Positions 18,601-26,662 of a stretch of 64,000 nt of DNA are shown piece by piece. A program made the position numbers and the translations under genes. Under the pieces are notes generated by a model. The model had not been told where the DNA came from. It did no database searches and was given only the letters and a program-made list of their open reading frames with translations. Every line of letters starts with the position of its first letter. Within the stretch, counting starts at the first letter, position 1. Source of the DNA: a bacterium (GTDB taxonomy: Bacteria; SAR324; NAC60-12); NCBI GenBank assembly GCA_965209155.1, contig OZ242383.1, forward strand, positions 320,001 through 384,000, read 5' to 3'.

Positions 18601-19041
18601 GCCACCGCACTGGTTCGACATTGTGCGCGTCTCTTTAATACAGGGGCCAACCTTTCTGTTCCCCTGTTCGGATTAGTCATAAGGAAAGGCTATGGGTTAG
18701 GGGTCCAGGCGATGTGTGGAGGAAGCTCCTTAGTTCCATTCTTCACGGCGGCCTGGCCCACCGCGGAATTTGCCGGGATGAATATCGAAGGTGCGATCAA
18801 ATTGGCCTATCGCAAGGAATTAGCCGCCATCGAGGATCCGGAAGAACGACGGATCCAATACGACGCCATGGTCGCCGAGAGGTATGAAAATGCGAAAGCT
18901 TTACACGCGGCCAGCTATTTCGGGATTGATGACGTCATTGATCCCGCAGACTCTCGGCGTTGGATCATGGCCGGGTTGCGGAGTGTCCCTTCCCCTCCAC
19001 CCCGCACCGGTAAAAAGAGACCCTATGTCGACACATGGTAA
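15613..19041 (+). CDS. Single-chain acyl-CoA carboxylase (BC-BCCP-CT), copy 2
   Basis: Same motifs as copy 1, including EAMKM; 1142 aa. Confidence 0.93.
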   Translation: MKFNRILIANRGEIAIRIARAATDLGLRTVAIYSEDDAQSLHTRMADEAHRLAGHGVSAYLDIDGVIQAAKTTQCEAIHPGYGFLAENGMFARRCQEAGLTFIGPAVEVLELFGDKGRARAAAAAADVPIVRGINQAVSVDEAQDFFASLDPGSGMMIKAVAGGGGRGARAITRVEEIEAAYQRCQSEALSAFGNGDLYVEELINPARHIEVQILGDLNGSVMNLGERDCSIQRRYQKMVEIAPAPNLPEKLRSDMIDAAMRLAKNVSYTNLGTIEFLVKNHPGAEELPFAFIEANARLQVEHTVTEAVTGVDLVQTQICLAAGESLHALGLETAGIDKPRGYAIQTRINMETLTADGSIRPAGGTLSAYEVPGGAGVRTDGFGYSGYETNPAFDSLLAKLIVHTPSSDFARVLSKTRRALNEFRIEGVATSIPFLQNLLQHPDVASWQVHTRFVEENLTWLTQIDPTSQSRYFNTTQPPSNEKPDIHSAGLAGARIDTQDPLALFSHDQAMKKAQSESASEAETAAPDLAGPDGTIALPAPIQGTIVSVMVAEGDTINRGQPLAVLEAMKMEHVISADHSGTIRRVTLAVGDVIREGYPLFFIETSEDQTDADEVADTIDLDYIRPDLEETYQRHACTLDENRPEAVARRRKTGQRTARENIIDLCDPDSFIEFGPLVVAAQRARREEEWLRKYTPADGLLAGIGTVNGELFEGEDARCMAIAYDYTVLAGTQGMRNHYKQDRMFHLADRYQLPIVVFTEGGGGRPGDTDGASPVGMDVYTFTQFSKLSGLVPLVGVNSGRCFAGNTALLACCDVIIATANSTIAMGGPAMIEGGGLGIYTPEEVGPMSFQVPNGVVDILVEDEDAAVATAKKYLSYFQGPLPDWESPDQRILRHIIPENRVRMYNVRDIIETLADRDSVLEIRKDFGIGILTALIRIEGHPFGLIANNPHHLAGAIDSDGADKGARFLQLCDAFDLPVVSLMDCPGIMVGPEVEATALVRHCARLFNTGANLSVPLFGLVIRKGYGLGVQAMCGGSSLVPFFTAAWPTAEFAGMNIEGAIKLAYRKELAAIEDPEERRIQYDAMVAERYENAKALHAASYFGIDDVIDPADSRRWIMAGLRSVPSPPPRTGKKRPYVDTW

Positions 19042-19055
19042 GAACGGAGTATTTT

Positions 19056-20771
19056 ATGGATGAACAAGCCTATTTGAATCGTCTGCAGGAACTATGGCAA
19101 AAAAATTGGCCGGAGCATTTACGCATCGACCCGGTCTACCCCCTGGGAGAAATCCTCATCACCGAATATCTCCAGCAGTGGGCCGCGAAACATCCGGACA
19201 AGCCTTGCCTCATTTATTATGGCAGAACCATCACCTTTAAAGAAATGGACGATTTGAGCCATCGTTTTGCGGCTTTTTTAGCAGCCAAAGGATACCAAAA
19301 AAGGGATCGGGTGGCTGTGTTTCTTCCCAACTGTCCTCAGTTTTATATCGTCTTTTATGGGATTTTGAAGCTGGGTTGCGTGCATGTACCCGTCAACCCG
19401 ATGTTCAAAAAACACGAACTACTTTACGAGTTGCAGGATACGCAAGCCGAATTGATAGTGACTTTGGATCAACTGGTCCCCCTGGTGGAGGAGGTCCAAA
19501 AGGAAACCAGCGTTCGATCAATCGTGGTCACTCGTTATGCGGATTTTTTACCGGATCACCCCACCATCCCCCTGCATCCGACGCTCAGTGCGCCTCACCT
19601 GGACTGCCCGGGCAGCATTGATCTGCTCTCCATGCTCCAGGAACAAAGCCCGGATTATCCTGAACCCGACGTGAGTTTAGACGACCTGGCCTCGCTCAAC
19701 TATACCGGGGGAACCACCGGGATGCCCAAAGGGTGCGAACACACCCAACGCGATATGATTTATACCATGGCCAACATGACGACCTATAACCCGCGTGGAG
19801 ATGACGTTGCTCACCCGGTCGGCTTACTTTATCTTCCCTCCTTTTGGATCGCCGGTCAACTGGGCCTCCTCCTTCCTGTCTTTACGGGAAACTCCTTCGT
19901 TTTGTTGTCACGCTGGGATCCCCTGGCCGTTTTAACGGCGATTGACCGTTATCGAGTGACCTCCTTTAGTGGCGTGCTGGATAATCTGGTGGAACTGATA
20001 GAACATCCGGATTTGCCTCGATATGATCTTTCTTCGCTGAAATCTACTACTACCTCTTCCTTCATCAAAAAATTGAATCCGGAATATCGCCAGCAATGGA
20101 AGGCTCTCACCGGCTTGACCCTCCGGGAATCCGCCTACGGAATGACGGAAACCCACACCATCGACACCTTCACCACGGGGTTGGATAAAGACGATATGGA
20201 TCTCAAAACCACACCGACCTTTTGCGGGTTGCCTGTGCCCGGGACCCAACTGAAGATTCTTGATTTTGAGACCCGGGAGTTGCTCCCCCTGGGAGCGGAA
20301 GGAGAAATTGTTATCAAAACCCCCTCCTTGCTCAAATCGTACTGGAATCAACCGGAAGCGACGAAAGCCCAGCTTCAGGACGGCTGGCTTTCCACCGGAG
20401 ATATCGGGATGTTGGATGAAGAGGGATTTTTGCATTTTCTGGGACGGCGCAAAGAAATGCTCAAGATGCGAGGCATGAGTGTCTTTCCTTCTGAAATTGA
20501 AATCATTTTAGGCCACCATCCGGCCATCAATAGATCGGCGGTTGTGGGAAAACCGGATCCGGGGAAAGGAGAGGTTCCCGTGGCGTTTATCCAATTGAGA
20601 CCCGAGTTTTCCGATTTGAGTGCCGAAACATTACGCAGCTGGTGTCAAGAAAACATGGCCACCTACAAAGTCCCGCAAATCCGGTTGATTGACGAATTCC
20701 CCCTCACCACCACCGGCAAGGTGAAAAAAGAAGTATTGAAAAAAGAATTCCTGAAGGTCTCTGACCTTTGA
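19056..20771 (+). CDS. AMP-dependent acyl-CoA ligase, copy 2
   Basis: ANL motifs as in copy 1. Confidence 0.93.
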   Translation: MDEQAYLNRLQELWQKNWPEHLRIDPVYPLGEILITEYLQQWAAKHPDKPCLIYYGRTITFKEMDDLSHRFAAFLAAKGYQKRDRVAVFLPNCPQFYIVFYGILKLGCVHVPVNPMFKKHELLYELQDTQAELIVTLDQLVPLVEEVQKETSVRSIVVTRYADFLPDHPTIPLHPTLSAPHLDCPGSIDLLSMLQEQSPDYPEPDVSLDDLASLNYTGGTTGMPKGCEHTQRDMIYTMANMTTYNPRGDDVAHPVGLLYLPSFWIAGQLGLLLPVFTGNSFVLLSRWDPLAVLTAIDRYRVTSFSGVLDNLVELIEHPDLPRYDLSSLKSTTTSSFIKKLNPEYRQQWKALTGLTLRESAYGMTETHTIDTFTTGLDKDDMDLKTTPTFCGLPVPGTQLKILDFETRELLPLGAEGEIVIKTPSLLKSYWNQPEATKAQLQDGWLSTGDIGMLDEEGFLHFLGRRKEMLKMRGMSVFPSEIEIILGHHPAINRSAVVGKPDPGKGEVPVAFIQLRPEFSDLSAETLRSWCQENMATYKVPQIRLIDEFPLTTTGKVKKEVLKKEFLKVSDL

Positions 20772-21052
20772 GATGAATATTGTATAATCCTCTCGGGACT
20801 CAAACGAGTCATGGCACCCAGCAAGCCAATATCAAATAAAAAGAGTTTAAAATGATTTTCAGAAGCTCCCGCTAATAAGGGGATGGCAGGGTGTCCATTG
20901 AACAGAACCCTTTCAAGCAGACATCAGCCACGAAGAGAACTGCCTCGCTATGGTCAAGAGAGTTGAAGAAAAATTTCGAAAAAAGTTGTCGAAGTCCAGC
21001 CCTTCTTATAAAAATACCTCTATCAGGTTGGCCAAATTTAAAATAGAACAAG

Positions 21053-21106
21053 TCATTTGAGCTGCTCGTTCAAAGCTTCTTCAGGGGTATCGCCAAAAGA
21101 GGACAT
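21053..21106 (-). pseudogene. Possible HicB-like antitoxin scrap
   Basis: Translates SSFGDTPEEALNE, resembling the G-x-T-x-EEA motif of HicB-like proteins; very short. Confidence 0.35.
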
Positions 21107-21183
21107 GAAAACGATCGGTCCTCTCCGGGATGCTTTTTAATGATATTTAACTGAACGGGTTTTTCAGAGACCCGAATAGTTAC

Positions 21184-21266
21184 AAATCAATAATTTAATA
21201 ATTATGATGTGTCATGCCGGTCCCGGGTCTTCGCCCGAAATGACACGTTTTTTAACTCCCGATTCA
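21184..21266 (-). mobile_element. MITE-like element, inverted shorter relative of 25051-25198
   Basis: AAATCAATAATTTAATAATTATGAT..TCATGC..GACACG.TTTTTAACTCC.GATTCA matches the reverse complement of 25051-25198; internal GTGTCAT..ATGACAC hairpin. Confidence 0.75.
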
Positions 21267-21417
21267 AGTAATCACCATGAAACTGTATGGATCCTTAATT
21301 CTGTCAGCAATTACATTTGAATGACAGGTGCTTGTTTTTTTCAACAGCAATCGTAAACTGAAAGATGATTGAAGGGCTTCTGCCATTGCATCTTCCCATA
21401 AAATAAGTCGATCGAGA

Positions 21418-23853
21418 ATGTTCACTATATTCAAGCTGCTGACAAGACTTATTAAATGGATGGCGATCATCACTTGCCTTATTGCCACATGCCTCGCAGT
21501 TTCCGGAGTGTTTTTTCTGTACCAATTAAATAAAGAGTTGCCAGACGATTTGAGGGAGTTTCACCAGCCTGAAGACGCGCATCCCATTATCATTTATGAC
21601 CGAAACGGCACGCGGATTGAAGAAATTTTTATACACCGGCAAATAATCATTCCTTTCGAAAAATTCCCCACCTACTTGATCCAGGCTTTACTTGCCAGTG
21701 AAGACAATCGCTTCTTTTCCCACTATGGAATCGATCCTTCGTCCATTTTGAAAGCATTATGGAGCAAAATTGATGCAATGCCATCTATCAAAGATTCGAG
21801 TACCCTGACTCAGAAAACTGCGCGACTTTTCTTGTGGCGTAAGGATGGAAAGCTGATAAGCAAATTCAAGGAAATCTTGCTCGCGTTGCAAATTGAGCGC
21901 CAATTCTCCAAGGAAGCCATTATCGCCTTGTATTTGAACAGGGTTTTTTTAGGTACCGCGGAGGGAGTAGAATCTGCCGCTCGAGTATATTTTGGTAAAC
22001 ATGCGGAAGAGTTGAACCTGTCGGAATGCGCATTGTTGGTGGGACTGCTGTCTCCGCCTTTGCGTAACGTGCCTACGGTAAATTCGACCCTGGTAAAGAA
22101 GCGCAGAGATTTTGTATTGGAACGCATGTTCGAAAATGGGTTTATCTCAATCGATGAACGCGAATCGGCGAGAAAAGAACCAATCCAATTCAGCAAAAAT
22201 TATGATAGCGTTTCTGTTGCCACTGCTTATTACGTCGAGCACATTCGCAAAAACCTGTTGCAACGTTACGGCCCTGCAATCATGAATAAAGGAGGTCTTC
22301 GGGTTCATTCTGCCATGGATTTGGAATATCAGATTTATGCGTATGAGGCTTTGCAAAAAGGCATTTTGGAGTTGAGCAGACGTCAGGGATTTCGAGGACC
22401 TTCAGAACGCATAAAAATGAATTTGCAAGGGCAACTCCCCCCTTGGGAAATTCATCGTGTGACTCACAAGAATAAAATGATTCTGGGAGGTATTATTCAG
22501 GGAGTGGTCAGCCGGGTTTCTAAAGAAAAAACCAAGGTGAGTTTGGGTTCTGTCGACGGCTACCTGGATTGGGCCAATCTCAAAAAATGGAAAGTTGCCA
22601 AATTAGCGCAAAATAGCATGGATCTCCCTTCCCCTGACTCACTTCCTCGAGGAGACGGGCAAGGAAGAAAAGTGGTTTCTATTAAAAATCCCTCCCAAAT
22701 TCTGCAGGAAGGCGATGTCATCCACGTGAAATTGGAAGACTGGGATCCGGCAAATGAAGAATTTCGTCTGACCCTTCATCAGGAGCCCTTGGTCAATGGC
22801 GCAATCTTCTCCATGGATCCACGAACTGGGGAGGTTTTGGCTATGTCGGGAGGGTATCATTACGATCCAAGAGGAGTCAATCGTGCCATTGAGGTAGAGC
22901 ACCAGGCCGGTTCCGTTTTCAAACCCTTTGTTTATGCTTCCGCATTGGATTCCGGATATACCCTGGCCAGTCTCCTCGTAGACAGTCCTCGACATTATCA
23001 TGGAGAATCGGATACCAGGCAGGAGGAATCCTGGACTGCTGATAATTTTGGAAACAAATTGATGGGAAACGTTTCTTTGCGAACTGCATTGGTAAATAGT
23101 CTGAATCCTCCCACTATTGGTTTGGTGGAGGATCTCAAACCCGGACGAATCATTAACTATGCCAAGAAGTTCGGAATATCTTCTGAAATGAAGAACAGCT
23201 TGTCAATTGGTTTGGGATCTTTTTCGACAACTCTTGAGGAAATCGTCACGGCATTCAGTGTTTTTGCCAATGAAGGGACACTTTCGAACCCAATTTATAT
23301 CAGGCGCATAGAAGATCTCAACGGTTTGGTGTTGGAAGAAAAATTTCCTCAAAACAATCCGGTGATTTCAAAGGCAACTGCTTATTTGATTCTCGATGTC
23401 ATGCGTGATGTGGTGCAAGACGATACTGGAAGAATCACGCGATATTCAGAACGTCCATCCGCGGGAATTTCAGGAAAAACATTCAATAGCGTCGACGCGT
23501 GGTATATAGGCTTTATTCCACAACTGATCACTGGTGTCAACGTGGGATTTGATCAGGCAGTTCCTATGGAAAAAGGGGAAACCAGTGCGAAGTCAGCAGC
23601 TCCGATTTGGGTCAATTATATGAAATCGGCCTCACGAGATCTGCCACCCCAACGCTTTGTCCGGCCTCCTCAAATTGTTTCCGTGAAAATTCACAAATCC
23701 GGTCGTCGTTCCAGTCCTTGCGATCCGGGTGAGGAGAATTACTATGAAAAATTCAAACGAGGTACCGAGCCGTTGATGGATTCCACCTTGGTTCAGCAAT
23801 GCAACTTACAACAAAAAACACCGGCATTTCAAAAAAACGATCTGGAATTGTAA
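21418..23853 (+). CDS. Class A penicillin-binding protein 1A-like (TG + OB + TP domains) with degenerate motifs
   Basis: EDNRFFSHYG, LYLN, GSVFKP (SxxK), SLN (SxN), DAWYIGF; the KTG position reads ISG. Confidence 0.88.
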   Translation: MFTIFKLLTRLIKWMAIITCLIATCLAVSGVFFLYQLNKELPDDLREFHQPEDAHPIIIYDRNGTRIEEIFIHRQIIIPFEKFPTYLIQALLASEDNRFFSHYGIDPSSILKALWSKIDAMPSIKDSSTLTQKTARLFLWRKDGKLISKFKEILLALQIERQFSKEAIIALYLNRVFLGTAEGVESAARVYFGKHAEELNLSECALLVGLLSPPLRNVPTVNSTLVKKRRDFVLERMFENGFISIDERESARKEPIQFSKNYDSVSVATAYYVEHIRKNLLQRYGPAIMNKGGLRVHSAMDLEYQIYAYEALQKGILELSRRQGFRGPSERIKMNLQGQLPPWEIHRVTHKNKMILGGIIQGVVSRVSKEKTKVSLGSVDGYLDWANLKKWKVAKLAQNSMDLPSPDSLPRGDGQGRKVVSIKNPSQILQEGDVIHVKLEDWDPANEEFRLTLHQEPLVNGAIFSMDPRTGEVLAMSGGYHYDPRGVNRAIEVEHQAGSVFKPFVYASALDSGYTLASLLVDSPRHYHGESDTRQEESWTADNFGNKLMGNVSLRTALVNSLNPPTIGLVEDLKPGRIINYAKKFGISSEMKNSLSIGLGSFSTTLEEIVTAFSVFANEGTLSNPIYIRRIEDLNGLVLEEKFPQNNPVISKATAYLILDVMRDVVQDDTGRITRYSERPSAGISGKTFNSVDAWYIGFIPQLITGVNVGFDQAVPMEKGETSAKSAAPIWVNYMKSASRDLPPQRFVRPPQIVSVKIHKSGRRSSPCDPGEENYYEKFKRGTEPLMDSTLVQQCNLQQKTPAFQKNDLEL

Positions 23854-23918
23854 ACTCCTGCTGGTACGATTGTCGAAAAATGTCGGAAAGAAGGGAAATG
23901 AACAGATGCGGGGAAAAA

Positions 23919-25031
23919 TTATTGCCCCCCTCCACGGATGTATTCAATTTTATTTCGACGTACATAGCTAACGGGGCGGATGGTGACATTTTTAATCACC
24001 TCGGCTGATTCGAAGAAGGTCATTTGAAAAGGTACCACCTGATTCTTATTCAGCTTGAAATTGGCACTTTCGCGTCCGCTGTTGTAAGTATAAAAATTTT
24101 TGATCTTTTCCAAACTCCAGGAAGAAATTTCTTGCTCGGTGGCCACATTGCCCGCATAAACAACAGCAGTTTCGATAATCTCTCGATTTTCGTCGAATGC
24201 CAACCCCTTGAGTTGAATCCAACTCACTTGATCGGAAGTGGGTAAGAGATTTTGCAGTTTCCCTTCCACTACAAAAAGGGTTTGACGGTTGGAAATATTT
24301 TCCACCTGCTTGCTGTCCAACTCTCCCACAAAATGGACAGGAAATTCAGCAGGATTGAAAAAATAGTCGAGTAAGAATGGTTCTTTCAATAACAAATAGA
24401 TACTTGCCCCCAAGAGTGTTGCGAATGCTACCATCAAGGTCATCAAGGCAACGGTTTTTCTTCCCCAATCGATTCCCTGAGGTTTGACGGTTTCCTCCAC
24501 CACTGACAAAGGACTTTCCGGCACTTTAAAAGAAAAATCGTGAGACTGTTCGGAAGATGTATTCGTCGATGCGGAATTCCCGGAAATACGGGTTGGTACG
24601 GATACCGAAACGGCAGGAGTCACCGATGGCGAACCCTGCAACGAATTGGAATCCGCCTTTGTGAATGAAAAACTCCCGGAATTTTCTTTGTCTTTACGAA
24701 AAAGCGAGTCAGCTTCCTCGTCGGAAAATTCTTGATGTACAGAATGCGAATGGCCTTCAAGCGAGCCATTCGTTTCTCCTTTTTCTTGCCGGGTGACTTC
24801 CAAACAAGCTTTCTCCGCATCTGCAAGAATGGTGGACGTCCTTTGAAATTCCTCGAATGCAGCAGAATCTTGTGGAGATTGAACAGGAAATTCTTCAATT
24901 CTAAAAATTGCATTACATTTGGTGCATTTGACTTTTGAAACTTTTTCAGAAAACCGTGATTGATGAACTCGGTATTTTGTACCACAGTTGTCACATTGAA
25001 TCGAAATTTTTGTCTCCGGACCAGAATTCAT
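23919..25031 (-). CDS. Zinc-ribbon (MJ0042-type) membrane protein with DUF3426-like C-terminal domain
   Basis: CDNCGTKY..KVKCTKC, low-complexity linker, one TM segment, LFVVEGKLQN..VPFQMTF. Confidence 0.8.
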   Translation of the reverse strand: MNSGPETKISIQCDNCGTKYRVHQSRFSEKVSKVKCTKCNAIFRIEEFPVQSPQDSAAFEEFQRTSTILADAEKACLEVTRQEKGETNGSLEGHSHSVHQEFSDEEADSLFRKDKENSGSFSFTKADSNSLQGSPSVTPAVSVSVPTRISGNSASTNTSSEQSHDFSFKVPESPLSVVEETVKPQGIDWGRKTVALMTLMVAFATLLGASIYLLLKEPFLLDYFFNPAEFPVHFVGELDSKQVENISNRQTLFVVEGKLQNLLPTSDQVSWIQLKGLAFDENREIIETAVVYAGNVATEQEISSWSLEKIKNFYTYNSGRESANFKLNKNQVVPFQMTFFESAEVIKNVTIRPVSYVRRNKIEYIRGGGQ

Positions 25032-25198
25032 ATCAATAATTTTTATTCACGTGAATCAGGAGTTAAAAATCGTGTCGTTCCTGTCCCGGATCAAGTCCGG
25101 GATGACCAGGAATCCAGGGGTTACGGGCGATATTTTGGATGCCGGATCATCCTGGTCCCCGCATGATATATCATAATTATTAAATTATTGATTTTATA

Positions 25199-25765
25199 AG
25201 TCATCACCACCGGCAGAGCCGGTGGCTTGAAGAGGCCCCCAGTATGAGGGCAAAACGTGTTCGTCATCGTAAGACGTGCTCGTGCTCGTGAACGAAAAAG
25301 GCTGCCATGTTAGATCATGAAAAACTCGATGTCTACCAATGTTCCATCGAATTTTTAGCGTTATCTGTCCAAGTCATCGAAACATTGCCAAAAGGATACT
25401 CAGCCTTAGTTGACCAACTGAAAAGGGCCTCATGGTCGATTCCTCTCAATATCGCAGAAGGCTGTGGAAACAATTCCTTTCCTGACTAGCAACGATTCTA
25501 TGCATTTGCCCGAGGTTCCGCAATGGAATGCGCTGCTATTCTCGATGTTTTAAACGTGTTGAAGATCATCCAGCCTCCTTTATTTGACGAAGGGAAACAG
25601 GTACTTCATCGCATTGTTTCTATGTTAACCAAAATGTGCCGTCAAATTCACTGACCGTTCACGAGCACGAGCACGGCTAACGGACACGGATACGTTTCTC
25701 ATGTCTGACCGGCAAAGCCTATTAGGTTCGCACCAGCAGAGCTGGTGGTTTAATGAGATTAATTA
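25199..25765. mobile_element. 567-bp four-helix-bundle cassette (copy 2)
   Basis: Same length and ends as 12203-12769. Confidence 0.8.
25307..25654 (+). pseudogene. Four helix bundle protein, nonsense allele
   Basis: AAG in copy 1 is TAG at 25487-25489; the frame otherwise stays open to TGA 25652-25654. Confidence 0.9.
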
Positions 25766-26100
25766 AATTTCAACTCCTGATTCGCATATTATTCATTGGA
25801 GTTCAAAAGGGTGACAAGAATTTCCAAAATAGTAACACAATTCAGAGAGATTTTAAAACGGGTTTGCGATTCAATCACTGCATTTCCGTTTTTTTTTAAA
25901 TTGGTTTTTCAGTGTGGATTTTTTCTGAATTTGATGATAGACTGTTGAGCTTTTCAAAAACTTATCAAACGAGTGCGTGGATCTGAAAAATTTTTACTCC
26001 ATTCCCATAAAAGATCCATTAGCCAAAGTGGGCTGAATAAGGTAGATACTCGATGGGAATTATGTACGGATACGCGTCCGACGATTAATTTATACGAGCA

Positions 26101-26251
26101 GTAACGGAGTTTTTGTTCTCATGATATCCAAGAGTTGATCTCTATGGATGTTTCTTCCCGGTGCGGGATGATCCAGGATCCGGAAAACGAGGATGGAAGG
26201 AATGGATTCCGGATCGGGGGCCGGAATGACAAAGGAGAAAAACTCCGCTAC
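26101..26251. mobile_element. MITE/REP-like element upstream of yajC
   Basis: Inverted ends GTAACGGAGTTTTT / AAAAACTCCGCTAC (13 of 14); internal GGATTCCGGATCGGGGGCCGGAATGAC hairpin. Confidence 0.6.
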
Positions 26252-26289
26252 CCCTCATTGATACGACCATTTGAATCGAGTCGGAGTTT

Positions 26290-26604
26290 ATGTTTCAATT
26301 GATACCAGATGCATTGGCCCAAAGCGCTATGGGGTCACTTACGGAGAGTCCCCTGTTTGGGATGATTCCATTTGTACTGATTTTTGTTGTTTTTTATTTC
26401 TTGCTGATTCGTCCTCAGCAAAAAAAGCAAAAAGCGCTGCAACAAATGATTAAAAATCTGGAAAAGGGGGACAAAGTGGTCACCAATGGGGGAATCCATG
26501 GTACCATATTCAAACTGGGTGATTCGGTGCTCACTTTGGAGATTGCAGAAAAGGTTCGTATTCAATTGGACCGTCAGCAGGTGGCTCGAGTCATGGAGAA
26601 ATAG
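26290..26604 (+). CDS. yajC: Preprotein translocase subunit YajC
   Basis: FYFLLIRPQQKKQK, GDKVVTNGGIHG; upstream of secDF. Confidence 0.96.
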   Translation: MFQLIPDALAQSAMGSLTESPLFGMIPFVLIFVVFYFLLIRPQQKKQKALQQMIKNLEKGDKVVTNGGIHGTIFKLGDSVLTLEIAEKVRIQLDRQQVARVMEK

Positions 26605-26662
26605 AACGAGGCACGTCATCGCTTCTTTGACGTCTTCCAATCAAATTCCAACCCTCAACTCA

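Larger units (their letters stand above)
15503..20778 (+). repeat. Segmental duplication unit 2 (carboxylase + ligase)
   Basis: Direct repeat of 4722-9940 with an extra 57 bp (15547-15603) upstream of the carboxylase. Confidence 0.97.
25051..25785. mobile_element. MITE-like element with terminal inverted repeats, interrupted by the four-helix cassette
   Basis: GTGAATCAGGAGTTAAAA (25051-25068) vs TTTCAACTCCTGATTCGC (25768-25785); internal CCCGGATCAAGTCCGGGATGAC REP-like hairpins. Confidence 0.7.

Noticed and set aside
4722..20778. Assembly artefact as the cause of the large duplication
   Set aside because: The copies differ at many synonymous and non-synonymous sites with both frames intact and have different flanks; long reads would still be the final test.
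20856..21173. IS5-like terminal remnants (TTTTCAGAAGCTCCC, TTTTTCAGAGACCC)
   Set aside because: They are short, in the same orientation, and have no partner ends or transposase; they cannot be supported without a database search.
22612..22668. In-frame REP-like insertion in PBP1A (NSMDLPSPDSLPRGDGQG)
   Set aside because: The palindrome is weak, there is no second copy in the window, and it falls in a probably variable loop.
25487..25489. Pyrrolysine or programmed read-through of the TAG in four-helix copy 2
   Set aside because: It is a single AAG>TAG change among mostly missense differences, and no pyl genes were seen; ordinary decay is simpler.
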